Below, in pieces: positions 49,123-62,290 of a DNA stretch of 64,000 nt. Under the pieces are notes generated by a model, which saw only the letters and a program-made list of their open reading frames with translations, did no database searches and had not been told where the DNA came from. Within the stretch, counting starts at the first letter, position 1. Each line of letters begins with the position of its first letter. The stretch lies in assembly GCA_965153285.1 (NCBI GenBank), contig OZ229110.1; one strand, written 5' to 3'. Made by a program: the position numbers and the translations under genes. This stretch comes from Podarcis tiliguerta. Lineage: Eukaryota.

Positions 49123-50937
49123 CTTACGTATGCATTTCTTATTCGTATCAGTACCAAAATCCAAAATTAAAGTGAGAAGTGACCTCATTACCTTTCAGAC
49201 CAGAGATTGTGTATATAAATGATTCACTCTGTGTCACTATGTAACTCTATAACACAGGGTTTTTTTTTTTACATAAAGAATTTAGAATCTCTTTGTCAAG
49301 GGCTAGAGAAGGAAGCAGAGAAGAATAGTGGGAAGGACAGCAGGGGTGGGTAGGCTGTGGGAATGGGTCCCACGGCATCCCACTGGACATTTCTGCAATT
49401 TCTGAGCCCTTAGCGAACCTGCCCTGACATTTTCAGGCTTTCCTGTCAGCCATGAGACATGAGTATCTTGGTTTTTCAAAACCAGTTTGATCCGTTTATT
49501 AGATTCTGCACCAGATCACAGATTCTAAATTGCACACAGATGAATGACTGACATATAAATGACTTTTATCTTTCTACTTCATTTTTAATTCCCTCCCTGA
49601 TATATGTTGTAAGAATTTCTCCAAATGCAAAGCAACGCCCACATTTTTATTTTGTTTGAAACAGAACTAGACAGCATCAGTGAAAAGGAATTTCATTTTG
49701 AGCATGTGCAAAGTATAACCTCCCTCTCTTTTGGAATTTCACTTTTTTCCTATTAAAAAAATGAAGCCAAAAAATAAATAAATTGGCCTTCTCTTTTGAA
49801 CAGAAAGTGTGCTGGGGGAGTGGTAGGGGAATAGAGTGTCAGCTGTGCCAAATTTGCCTCTGTGTTGATTTCCTGCAGGCAGTTTTGGAGTCCACCATCC
49901 CACCAGACGTTGAGAGCAATTAATAAATACTGATGCATCACACAGATGTTTTCCTCTGGGCCCCAGGGCTACGACTCCAGATGGCCACCATGTGCTTAGC
50001 AATTCCATGCTGTCTCCTTGCGAAGCCCAGGGTGGAGGTGATTTTTAATTAGGTCTGATGCCTAATTTAGACAGGTGTAATTACATGAGATGATGATTAA
50101 TATGGCCTGGTGGTGACATTTCTCTTTGGCTGTGTTGTGGTAGCCTTGTTGGTTAAAACGGGCCTGGAAAAAAACCAATAGCCTGCAGAAGAATCATTGA
50201 TCTCCCCACCCCCCGACACACATACACAAAATACTGACCAGTGGACATGTCATGCTTCCCAGTACGCAAAGAACCACAGATGCTTTTTCTCTGTAAGAGT
50301 CTGATTAGATTAAGAGACAGCTTACAGTCAGAAATTTGGCAGCCCTGTTGCAGGATTCTACTCACTGAGCTTTAATTGCTGCTGTAAGGTTGATAATAAA
50401 TTCCAGCCTATATCATCTATCCAGTCTTTTATTTGACACTTAACAGATAATGATAGAGACAGGTTGTATTTTAGGGAAGGGGGCAGAATTAAGGCTGAGC
50501 TTTCAAAAGCATCTGTGTTTCTTCACCTCATATCTCTCAACCATCATAGATAATTGGCAAGTGAATGTTTCATTTTGCTTTTCCTGCAGATTCTTAAAAT
50601 GATAAAAACCAGGGTGGTTTGAGGGGAGTGGGTCAGTCTGCATATCTAAACTGACCTTCATGTGCAACAAAAAAGTAGCTCACAATTCTGGCATCGAGTC
50701 TGCTGCTGCTGTTGGCGGTTATTTGTTTTTTTTGTACATATATAGAATTTGTCTATTGGAAGAAAGATAAGACAAGAGTTACTCCTTTTAGCTTCAGAAG
50801 AAAAGATGTAGGGCAAGATCCATGGGGAAGCCCTCCTCTGGAAGTCCCAGTAAGATAATGGATCTGCATGAGATGATGCTACAGATAGAGCCCTTAGGCA
50901 AAACTACAGAGGACATTTCTTTTCCGCATGACATCTG

Positions 50938-51249
50938 CAGACCCTCCAAGTGTTCCTATTCTCCGGGGAAAGTTCCAGATTTACAGAAGCCATCCTGGTT
51001 TCTGATTTGATCCCAGAATGTCCCACTTTTCCTTAGGTCACCTCAATTCTCATCAGGGAAATGTTGGAGGGTATGGAATAGGACGTCCTTAGTTTCACTG
51101 GGGAAAAATGTTGGAGGGTATGGAATAGGACGTCCTTAGTTTCACTGGGGAAAAATGTTGGAGGGGATATTTCTATTTTCATCAAAGAATTGTTTGAGGG
51201 TATGTTATAGCACATCCCTATTTTCATCAGAGAAATCTCGGAGGGTATG
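50938..51249. mobile_element. DNA-transposon MITE with tandemly iterated right terminus
   Basis: Left end CAGACCCTCCAAG; the complementary TTGGAGGGTATG recurs about five times, including 47-bp perfect units at 51061 and 51108. Confidence 0.7.
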
Positions 51250-52124
51250 CAGCTAAAGAAACCATCCAAATCAAGCTTGAAATACATCTAAAGGCCCTTT
51301 TGTTAGGGCTACCATACGTAAGGGATTTCAAAGGCAGAATGACGTCGGGGGGGGGGAATCTTAGGCAAATCAATTGAAAAATTGCTCAACAATTTGGGGG
51401 TCTTCCTTGAAAAAGCTCAACAATTTTTGGGGACTCTTGGTTTTCACTTTTTGTTGCAATATGAGCTTTTTTGGAGGGATGAGGAGGTGTCAAAATCCAA
51501 ATCCTGATCACAAGTCTTTACACTGAATTCTAAGGCTCAACACATTTATCATCAACACACCACCTAATGCAAGTATTAATAGAAACATCTGTGCCTTATT
51601 ACTGACATCCCAATTTTGGATAATTTCATATGCAAGGCATGCCAATTTGAACACTACAGTTTCACCTTCCTTCGCTTCCAGTTACCAAACATTCATAATG
51701 AACTTTGGGACTCAGTCCTAACACTTCCTACACAAGTAATTAAGGACTTTCTTTGGTCAGAATTAAGAACTGTCGGCATCAGTGGAACACAAAGTGCTTC
51801 ACTTTGGCAGGACTGCATCCTGAGTGCTTAGAATAATGATGTTCATTCTTCTGTTACACCTGGGCTTTGCTGCATGACTTTGATTCAGTACAGTTAGCAA
51901 AGTGTGGCAAATGGGTACAATCCTACAAATGTTGAGGATCAGGGCACAAAAGGTTTTTGAACCTCACCTGTAAATCCTGGTGACTATTCTGAGCGATAAG
52001 AAGTTGAGAGGTTAACACACCTGGTGAGCCCACATCACCTGATCCTTAAACCCTTGTAGACTTTATTCAATGGATCAGAATGGCAGTCTTTCACAATATT
52101 TAAACTTAGGAAGCAAGTTGCCCA

Positions 52125-52305
52125 TTACTAGCAGGTCAGATAATTTGTCTACCCAACTGCTTGGTCTACCTAACAGCAGCTCTTTGGGGTCCCAGGTCTT
52201 TCCCAACATCCACTGCCTGATCCTTCTACCTGGATAGGCCAGTGATTGAACCTGGTACTTCCTACAAGCAAAGCATGCATTCCTCCAACTGAGCTAAGAT
52301 CCCTC
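52125..52305 (-). mobile_element. tRNA-derived squamate SINE, degenerate
   Basis: gtgattgaacctggtacttcctacaagcaaagcatgcattcctccaactgagcta is an antisense tRNA head with B and A boxes. Confidence 0.65.
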
Positions 52306-52766
52306 CCAGAGCTTAGATGAACATCAGTCCGGGAATGTTTAGGTGAAACCCACAGATGCTGAACATATGAAATAGATTATGAGTTATTCCATGTTCCAAC
52401 ATTCAATGGTTTTATGGAGAAATTCTTGGTTTATTTTATAACATGGATTTTGTTTTAGAATGATTGCTCTCACTGGGGACTTCATTAGGAAGAAAAAGAC
52501 GTTCTCACAGGAGCTTTTTCCTGTGACAAATCATCTAAGCGATTAAGAACAAGGGACAAGCTTCTCCACCTAGAACAGGTCATGCACTTTCTTATTAGCC
52601 TTTCCTCTTTAAGCTATGAAAAGGAAGCTAAAAGTGACTAGAACCCCCAGGTGTCCCATAATAAGTGAATTGGTAGTCACAACACGCATTCAAATGGAGG
52701 AAAGTTCAGTTTGTGATACAATAACAACAACAAAGTTAACAAGGTGGTGGTGGGGATATTGATACC

Positions 52767-52893
52767 TAGGGCTATTTTTGTAGCAAAAAAGGCGCTATGA
52801 ACACTTCCCTCGTTCTCTTAGAATGGCAATGGCTGCCACCTGAGAGGTGCTGGAACTCAGTTTCAGCCGAGTTGTGGATGAAAAAAAGCCCTG
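52767..52893. mobile_element. Short hAT-like MITE
   Basis: TAGGGCTATTTTTG...AAAAAAAGCCCTG inverted termini. Confidence 0.65.
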
Positions 52894-53289
52894 TCTATGT
52901 GACCCCTTTTTTTCTGAGGCTCTCAGCAGAGAAATATCCAAGATGAGATGTCATGCCAAACTTTCTTTTTACTCAGGGGATTCTTTTTTTTCAAATGCAA
53001 AATTGATATCATCCAAATTACATGGAATTGTAATGTATAGAAATTTAAAAGGATGTTCAGTTACAGCAGAACAAATGTAGGATGCCCGATACATGGATAC
53101 AGCAACATTTCACATAATTAGAAGACAAGACAGCATGCAGGAAGAGAATAATACAGTTTTAAAGGAGAGGGAACACACTCCCACTTAAGTTGAAAGTTGT
53201 ATTGCTAGCATACTTAAAAATTATGAGAAGGGGAAAGTGACAAATATTTTCTTCCACCTACACAAAAGTTAACAGCAGGTGATTAAGCC

Positions 53290-53490
53290 AACTGCTGACA
53301 ACTGGGTAACTGGCATAGCAATTCGCCATGGCTTCTTGATGGCTACATACTACCTCCAATATCAGAGGCAGCATACTGGGGAATGGCAGCGGGAGAGTGT
53401 CTTGCTGATAGGTTTCCACAAGCATCTGGAGGACCATTGTGAGAAAAGAATGCTGGACTAGATGAGTCTGTCCTGATCCAGCAGGGTAGA
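53290..53490 (+). mobile_element. CR1 LINE 3' UTR fragment
   Basis: gatggcta..tacctccaatatcagaggcagcat...ggaccattgtgagaaaagaatgctggactagatg...tgatccagcaggg. Confidence 0.65.
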
Positions 53491-53903
53491 AGGAGGGAGA
53501 GAACTTCCTCCATTCTGCCTGCCAAAAAGCGTTCCCAGAAGCAGATGGAAAGGAGTGCAAAGGGTTCCTTTTGGCAAGGGAAAAGAGTTGAGTTCTTTGG
53601 CTATTGTGAAAATCAAAGATAGAGGAAAAACTCAGATGTCAAAAGGATCACTTTTGTGTTGGTGGGGATCATTATGGATCGCCAGCTTTCTCAATCCAAT
53701 CCTGGAAATCATAATCTTTAATTCAGGGTATGAGGGCAACACCCCTGGCACCAGGCAGTGACACCATCATTGAACACCTGGTCCTAAGGGCCTTTGAAGG
53801 GGCATTGGCTTGACCCACATTGACCCCACATGGAATGGAGCAAAATCCCCAAAGGATATTCTATTATATTTAGCAGAATCAGTTGATAATAATGATAATA
53901 ACC

Positions 53904-54050
53904 TGGGAAGCCTGGATAGCTTGGTTGGTTAGAGCATGGTGCTGATAATGCCAAGGTTGCAGGTTCGGTCCCCATATGGGACAGCTGCGTATTCCTTCAT
54001 TGCCGGGGGTTGGACTAGATGATCCTTAGGGTCCCTTCCAACTTTACAAC
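53904..54050 (+). mobile_element. tRNA(Ile-like)-derived SINE with CR1-like 3' end (Squam3/POM-SINE type)
   Basis: GATAGCTTGGTTGGTTAGAGCATGGTGCTGATAATGCCAAGGTTGCAGGTTCGGTCCCC head, then GGGGGTTGGACTAGATGATCCTTAGGGTCCCTTCCAAC. Confidence 0.85.
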
Positions 54051-56884
54051 TTAATAATGATAATGATGAAGATGATGATGTTTCCCTGAAATTTATCAGC
54101 ATTTTTAGGCCAGGTTCTCCCCACAAAGAACATAGACACTGATTTTTCAGATGGTTGGCCTGTTGAATTCTTTAAAGAAGCATTATCTTTTAAGCTTCCT
54201 GAAGTTTGGGGCTGAGGTTTTGGCAGCCCTTCGATGAAGATGTTCTTACACTGTCCAAATGCTACAGTAGAAGGAGATGAGATCATTCTGCTTAATCCCT
54301 AATTCTAAACCACTCTGTAAAACTGCCCAAATTGCAGGATGGTTAACTTTGTACCTTGCAATCAACTCCAGGAAAGAAAAACCCAAGCCGACGCTTGCAC
54401 TGTTTGTGCCGTGCATCTGTGGCACATGTTGCAAGTTCCTCCTGGAGGCTTCACCCCACCTGCGGACTCCGCTGTCCCTGTGGGGAAGCTTTTGCGTTAA
54501 CCAGAGGAAGTTGCTCAGCTTTCCTTCAGATGTCAGCAAAGGGAAAACACCATAGGGGAGACTCTCTGCCATGTGAAAGGTCAGTTGCGTAAGCTCTCTT
54601 AGAAGGGCAATTAAGTGATTAGATGACAAAACAGGATGCGTCCCAAGGATCCACATCAGCTCTGACCTTGGGACCTGGGAGCGTCTGGGAAAGACAAAAT
54701 AACAATTATTGAAAACTTTAGAAAAGTAAACAGAGTGCACACCCTCCAACCCCCGTGCCCTACAAGGAAACAAAGATGAGTCAGCGAAGTATATAGCTTT
54801 TTCCTGGCCCTCTTGCAGGGATGGCGTGTTCAGCAATAGTTTAGCTTCTTGACGTCAAGAAAACAAACACCACCCAAAACTGAATTGCACTGAAATCCAT
54901 GATTGTATCCTAGCATTTCCTCCTCCTTTCTAAGCAACTAGAAGAAGCACGATGGTTGTCACTGACTGAGTTGAAAGCAACAGATTAGGTGGCCATGCCT
55001 CCTACATTATAGAGAACAGTCCTCTATTTGAAGGGCCCTCAGAAGAGAGTGATATATTAGGAGTCCTCTGCTTGAAGGGCTTTCTGGTCCAAGTCTAGTT
55101 CAAAGAGAAAGAACCCTAAGGACAGAAAATAGCTGATGGAGTTGCCCACCAGCGTTTAGCCCCTGGACAGCAGGCAAAACAGGTCACCTGGTCACACTCT
55201 TATTTCTTGCTAGGTTGAGATGTATTTGTATTTATTTTTAATTATACTAATCATTTGTAAATGTTATCTATGCCTATATACATGACTCCTCTTTTGCGAT
55301 GGGTATCCTTTCTTGACGATGCATACAGCAGATGTTAGGGTTAGAACAAGGTATGTACGAACTGAACAATAGTCAGGGTATGTCTACTTCACTTCCACAC
55401 CATTCCCAAGGCGTTTCCAGGTCCCAGGAGCAGGTTTTCAAGGGGCAGAAGGAATGGCAATGGGAAGCTAGGAAAGTCCTCATCTATAAATGGGAGGGAA
55501 GCTAAGATCCAGGCCACCCGTGACAAACTGGGATAAGCAGTGCAATGGCATGAGCTTTATGTCTTGGTGGAACTGATGAGAGGGGGAGGGGGGAGTGGAA
55601 AGTGGAGGAAATGGGTAATGGAGAGGGGCCTATCAGGCTGGGCATCTTGATTAGGATTCTGGGAAGCCGCCAAGTGGACTCTCAGGGCAGAGGCCCACCT
55701 TGGTGCCATTGACTGCAGCATGCACAGGGTTCAAGAAGCAAAACCTATGCCATACTGCATCAGCTCTGAATTATCAACCACCATCAATGCTACATAAGGG
55801 TTATCACATTTTATCATGCAACAGCCTTGCAAGGTAGTGTGGTCGAAGACTGCAACTTGTCTGGTACCACTCTGAGGTTTTGTGGTTGAGAAAAAGCATC
55901 CAAGCCATGACAAAACCTTTAAGATGTGTTCAGGAATAAATTATCTTGTATAGAGTAAAAATAAAAATCAGAGATGTGCAAAGACTTCTGTGGGTTGTCA
56001 GATTTTTACGGTGAGCCATTCACTGCCTCACACAACTGATGCCACATGCAACATCCTCATTATTTCAGCATGTGTTTAAGAAACACATTAGATGTGACAG
56101 AGGCAGCCATTTGTTATACATGTGTCTGCCTTGTTGGTGTGTGAAAAAGTGGGCCACAAGAGTTTGATTTTGATATGACCCAAGAGTCACATTCTTCATC
56201 TTCAGGGAATGAGGGCAAGGAATCTGAAGCAGAAAGGGAAGGGCACACAGTACCAGCCCCAGAAGGACACACCATCCCCTGCCCTGGGAATGCAGTACTA
56301 CCATCCTCTGACTCAGGGGACTCTGCTGCAGAAGAGCCAGGAATTTATGAGGTTCCCCTGCTCCATTGCAGTAGGAGATTACTGGGAAAGGTTGACCCCT
56401 TTAAACAGAGCAGCATCTTGCTTCACAGGTGATGCTTACAATTAGACTGCACCAGCTGCTGCTACTCTATTCTTGCTGTTTCCATGTGGCCCTTGCTGGA
56501 GCAATGACAGGGGTTTATATCCTCCATGAAGCTTGTTCCACCTTGGCCTACACCTTGTTTGGACTGTGTTTTGCTACACTGCAGTACCACAACAAATTTG
56601 AACACCAAGCTGTTTGGGAAGGAAGCCGTACTCTTAAGGCAAGGTGGCTGCCTCAGGCATCTGCTTTGAGGTGTCATGAAAAGCAGCAAATGGCCAGATT
56701 ATTAGTGCATTTTGAACGCCAAGGGGTGGGGGGAAGTCCTTGTGGAATTTTATGCCTCAAGTGCCAAAATATCTAGGCCAGCTTTGGGTCTTCTGGCCTT
56801 GATTTGGGAGGGAGAGCACCACAGGAGTGTCCGGCGGAGTGTGTCGAGCTAAAATGGGAGTCCCACAAACCATGTTACATGAAA

Positions 56885-57335
56885 ACAGGGCAGGTATGTG
56901 AACAACCAAATGGTCAAATCTGTCTGTTTTGGTTTCTCTCAGTTTCTCATTTTTTCAATATTAAGTCCAGTTCTCCACATTTCCACATTAGTTTGCAATT
57001 TTTAAAAAAATCCTCATGAAAATTGATCAGCCTTTTCGTGAAATTTTTCTGTTAATATAACACATGCTTGTTTGCAATTTTGCCTAATATACACATTTTC
57101 CTAAGCAATCTCCCCAAAATAATGTATTTCTGTACATTATTTTCACTAATACCTGTATATGCATTTTAATATACACTTTATTCCAGTATTTGATTTTTTT
57201 CCTGCACATTACTTGGCTGGCGAACTGCTTTACAAAATTCAGAGAAACTTTGAAGGACGATTGCATTTCAATAAATGCAAGGTCGGTAGGTTCGCTTTCA
57301 AATGTGAACTCAGTTGAATTTCTCCTCCTTCCTTA
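56885..57335. mobile_element. hAT(Ac)-like repeat, copy 5
   Basis: Colinear with 28590-28978 (tttctctcagtttctcat...ctcatgaaaatt...ttttgcctaatatac...caaaattcagagaa...aaatgtgaa..gaattt). Confidence 0.7.
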
Positions 57336-60300
57336 GCCACCACCACTATTACAGTTTGGCCCTAAGAAGCCAGCATTCTTTGACTTTTGTCATTGCAGAG
57401 GAAAGATTGGACAAATACGAATGCCTCATTTGACTAAGGCACGAAATCCACATGGAGCTTCCAGTATTCAGGAAGCAGGACAGCTGCCATCTGCACATCT
57501 TTCTGACCTTCCCTCTTCCACACCTCTTCACTTCCTTCCGTTTGCTTCTGTACATGGAGTGCCCTTTAGTGAGCTCCATCCCTTCCTTTGTACTCCACCC
57601 CTTAATCCCAGCCAAAACAAATCCCCCCAAATCTGCAGAAGTTAACATTTTGCAACAAGCTACATTTAAAAACAACACCCTACTTAGATATAGCTGTTTC
57701 CTATTTCCCCCTCTTTAGGGGGTGGGGATGATGCATAAGCCAGCATCAAAATGTTGAGAATTTCAGACCAAAGTGCCAGAGGTAGGTTTAAGTTATCGTG
57801 CGTGCAGTAAATGTGAGAATTGTTTTATAGTTGCTATTAGCTATCTCATCTGTGTTTGGTGTTCCACTGTTTTGCAGGGCAGACTTAGAAGAAGCCAGAC
57901 TCCAGTAAGGGCCAGTTCATACTATCTTATGCGTAGAAATATTGTGCATGTGATGGGACCATGCACACTTCATCATTATACATACTATTTTTTTGCAGGT
58001 GAAAGGATTGCAGGGATCAGTTTTACATCTGCACCGTGGCACAACATGGTTTTGCCCCTCCTCTCAGCGCCATGGCATCAATGAGACCTCTACTCTTGAC
58101 ACTTGATTGTCGTGAACCAGGGCTGGTGTCTTTAGTACATGCCCCTGACAGTTCAGCTCTGAAGGCTGAAGAATGCCTGTGATGAGCCTTCCTTTTACAT
58201 TAAGTCTGTCCTCACTTTCCTTGTACATGGCGAGCAGCAATGCACAACCATAAAAGAGTGGATTTAGCAGGGTGAATTAATGCCTGTAGTTGCTCTGATG
58301 AAGCTGTGTCAAAAGCAATAAGCTGCACTGTTTATCATACACTAATTTCCATCAAAACACCACTAACTTCACATGCAGCTGAGGATTTAGCCTCCGAGGA
58401 TTGACTCAGACAGCTATACCTGGACTTTTCTCTGCTATTGACCTGTAACATTTGGCAAAATGATTTCCTTTCCCACGTCGATTGCAAGGTTTTCCCATAA
58501 GCCAGTTAGGTTAGAGGCTACTGCTGCATCCCACGTGCACCTTTCCATTTTAGTGGCTTGCCCTGACCTTTGCAAATAGTGGTCGCAGTCTCCCATGCAC
58601 ACCCTGACTGTTCCCCTTCGATAATTTATGGCACACACTGAACACCCATTTCCTCCTCCACTTAACTCTCCCGCGTGTGTTCTTGTTATCTCAGCTGCTT
58701 GACAGATCTGCAGCACAGTCTAGTCAGTGTCCAGCCTAGTAGTCATTCTGACCTTTTCCTCTGATGACGCGCTGCACAATGTTAGTGATTCACCCTCAAC
58801 TTTGAAATCTCGCTCCAGAGAGATGCTTGGTTATACTGTAGAGTGTGTGCCTCGAATTTCTCATGCCCTTTTTGGCAAAGCCGACATGTGGAAAGCAGTC
58901 ATTGCAAACTCTGGGCATTCAAAACTATTTCTGTTTGACATTGGTGTGTTTAGATTTTATAAATTTTAATGACATGATTGGTAATGTTGTCATTTTGTTG
59001 CATTTTGTTAGAATTTTTGATGTTAGACACTTTTAAAAGCCCTTGATCTTATTTTATTTTTTTAATTGTAAGAAAATTGCCAACTTCCCTCTTCCATTTG
59101 CTCCCCATCGCCAGTGTTTGATATTTTCCCCATTCTACCTGTGGTTACCATGTGGACACATGTAGAAATGTGTGCTTGGAGAATATTTCTGACAGTCTCT
59201 GTGGGCGCTCTGATCATAGCCAAGGCTGCTGCTCTTTCAGTATCATTCTCCTTCACAACATAGTTCTTAAAAAAATTCTTTTGAGAAATGCTGCAATGGC
59301 TTTGTTATAAAGTAAACCCAACAAGTAGAATTTCACAAAAAGATTTGTGAGAACACCTCACACTTGCCATGATGGGTCTAGCGATCAGGACTCAATCGTA
59401 GCACTGTGCATGTTCACCCCTGCCCCCTGATTTTATTCAGGCATCAATGCAACCCAACCTGGATCCAGGAGCCAAAATGAATTGGGGATGTTGCATAGTG
59501 TTTAATTAGGGGTTTAAACCCTAATTAAACACGCAGTTGGGAGGAGGGCAAGAAGAAGAGGCATATAGGCAGACACCTTCTTCCTCTCTTCCTTGCTGCC
59601 CAACTGCCCCCTCCTTTTGACAGCCCCATATTGTTTTGATTGGTCCCAATCTAATCTGGGGCTGCCTCAACCTGCTCTGGCTGAATGTTGAGTGGGTTTG
59701 GTTTGGGATACAGGATTTTGCCAGAATGGTTGCACATTCCTATTATATGGCCTTCTCCAAGATGGGAAGAACTTTGAGCTATATCTATCAATCATCATCA
59801 TCAATGTAGTAATGCATGAAAGTTCTGCCTCATGGGCTTGCAGCTTATGGACCTTAATTGAGACCTATGGTTTGCAGCTGCCCATTATGAAGTGAAAGGT
59901 GTTTTCTAAGTGGTTCAGTTTCTTTCCCCTCTTCAAGCACATAAAGCACATAAAAAACACATGGAGAGGAAAGTGGAGTCCTGCCTGCTGGACCTGCCTT
60001 GATGAGTTGTGCTTGCTGGATCCACACCCCAATTTTCACACATCCATAAAATGAAGAACATTTAGAAATACAGCTTTATGCACACAGGCTACCCTTTTAG
60101 ACACTGCACAAACACAGAGATATCAGGGGGGTGTAGCCAGTGGATGTAGTTCTGATTTTGCCTCTACATGTTCACTATCTGGAGAGGGCTTAGTTAAATC
60201 AGGCAAATCAGTGATAAGCAGCAGGCTTCTTATTTGGACTCCCTGCCAACTGGGGAGAAACCTAGTCTACTGGTTGGTAGGCTACTAACCTCGCCTACTG

Positions 60301-60780
60301 GACAAATTGCCAGGATTTTGTGTGAAAAAGGGAGTGACAAAAATGGTCTGATTGCTAGCTTGGGGTGTGTGTGTGTGTTAATTTTATTTTGCAGCAAACC
60401 TGGATTTATTTTTATTTTTAGTAAGTTTCAGCAAAACCATTGCTCACATTATGCACATACTTAATATTGCACAGCTAATACACGGGCATTAGGGAGTTTA
60501 TCTCAGCCTCACAGCAGACTATTTTTATACACTAGTGCATATGATACCACAGGGGGAATGTGAGTAGTTCCTGCCTAACTGGCCCCCCTCAGGCTCTGCT
60601 GAACCAAAGAAGCTGTGTGGACACACTGACGGAGGATTACTGCAGCATCTGTGGGCAGATTGTTCTCACACCACTTTCATGTGTGATGTACTTTGGGCAA
60701 AAAAATGGGTCCTGAGCTGAAAGAGGTATTGGGGTAAATGGTGACTACTTGCTCAATAAAATTATCAGTCCAGTATGCAC

Positions 60781-61931
60781 TCAGTCTTCCTCATCGCTGG
60801 AGGACGATTTGCAAACCACAACAAGCAGGGTAGACCAGTACCCTGAAGTGCTTGGCAGTAGGTAATATTCACTTGGTGGGGCTAATGGTGTCATGCAGAG
60901 GAACACGATGATGGGCAGCTGCTGCTTTTGTCTCTTCAGCTGGTCAGGGTACATTTGGGCAGCCTCATGGTCCACAGAAGCAGGTTCACCACTGGTGCTG
61001 ATGTTCTTGAAATTGAAGCGTCTTTTGAAGTGGGTCAGCCAACCGGAGCTGGCTTGAAATTCCTTTGCAGGCTGCTTGAAGTGTGCATACAGCCTGATAG
61101 CCCTCTTGTGCAAGGTGCTGTTGTTGATACACTGGTGGTTCATGTCCTCTAGTCACAGGTTCAAGGCCTCATCCTGCACCTGGCTGGAGACCTTGTCAGT
61201 TGTAAGTGTACAGGTACTCATTGCCTCAAATGCGGGACTCATTCCTTCCAGAAATGAGTGCCAGAGCACACACACTTATGCCAACCAGTAAACAGTCCAG
61301 CACTCTCAAGTTCTCCTCCAGCATATGCACCACTCACTGCTTCTTGGGTTTGTCATCACACAAGGAAGACAATAAGGCCTTCTCGGTGGTGGCGCCTGCC
61401 CTATGGAATACCCTCCCATCAGATGTCAAGGAAATAAACAACTACCTGACTTTTAGAAGACATCTGAAGGCAGCCCTGTTTAGGGAAGTTTTTAATATAT
61501 GATGTTTTATTCTCCTTTTAATCTTTTGGGAGCCGCCCAGAGTGGCTGGGGAAACCCAGCCAGATGGGTGGGGAATAAATAATAAATGATGATGATGATG
61601 TGTTTAGATGCTTTCTCAATGAACGGCTCAAAAAAACTCCAAGAACTCCTCCAAACTCTGCCACACTCCACTACAATTGCTCCTTCCCAACCTCTTTCCT
61701 CAAACTCCAACTCGCCACAGGCCTCAACGGTCAATGCAAGGGCTCTTGGGATTGCAATTGCAAATGCAAAGGCTCATGGGATTGCTAGGAGCTGTTTTTG
61801 TCTCTTTCCTGACCTTTCAGAGCTCTTTCAGGACCATTTTTGCTATTTTTAAATTCACTTCCGGGTTCGGCGTGCTGTGCATATACACGGTCGCAAACAT
61901 ATTGAACGTGCATAAATGGGAGGTTGCCTAT
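60781..61931 (-). mobile_element. Tigger/pogo DNA transposon remnant (transposase N-terminus and 5' end)
   Basis: Minus strand KPKKQ*VVHMLEENLRVLDCL...GRNESRI (HTH_psq-like), then ALNL*LEDMNHQ...FQASSGWLTHFKRRFNFKNISTSGEPASVDHEAA (CENP-B/Tc5 HTH); TIR-like GGGAGGTTGCCTATA at ~61918-61932. Confidence 0.85.
61368..61590 (+). mobile_element. L2 LINE 3' end inserted in the Tigger remnant
   Basis: KAFSVVAPALWNTLPSDVKEINNYLTFRRHLKAALFREVFN plus the 3' UTR gccgcccagagtggctggggaaacccagccagatggg; same subfamily as 32051. Confidence 0.92.
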
Positions 61932-61974
61932 ACTGCAGCAGTGTTGGAAATTATGTAGAAAAGGAGAAACTCCC

Positions 61975-62290
61975 TTGCAAGGAGAGGTTACAATGTTTAG
62001 GGCTTTTTAGTTTAGAAAAGAAGACAAGGAAGGCAGGGGAAGAGACATGATAGATATACAGGGTTAATAAAATTAAGTGTGATTTGGGGAAAGTGGGTAG
62101 GGGGTAGTTTTTCTCCCTCTCTCCTAATGCCAGAACCCAGGGTCACCAAATGCAGCTGGCAGACCAAAGGAAGTGTTTCTTCACGCAGGGCGTAGTTTGA
62201 CGATGGAATTCACAACCACAAGATGTGATGATGGTCACCAACTGAGATGATTTTAAAAGAGGAACCTACGAATACTTTGTGGAAGATGTG
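61975..62290 (+). mobile_element. CR1 LINE fragment, degenerate
   Basis: tagggctttttagtttagaaaagaagac...agaacccagggtcacc...gtttcttcacgcag...atggaattcac..caagatgtgatgatgg. Confidence 0.7.

Noticed and set aside
53910-53985. Possible tRNA-Ile gene
   Set aside because: It is the head of a SINE with a CR1-like tail; the stems are mismatched.
57435-57445. TAAGGCACG, matching the start of miR-124
   Set aside because: Only 9 nt match and there is no precursor hairpin.
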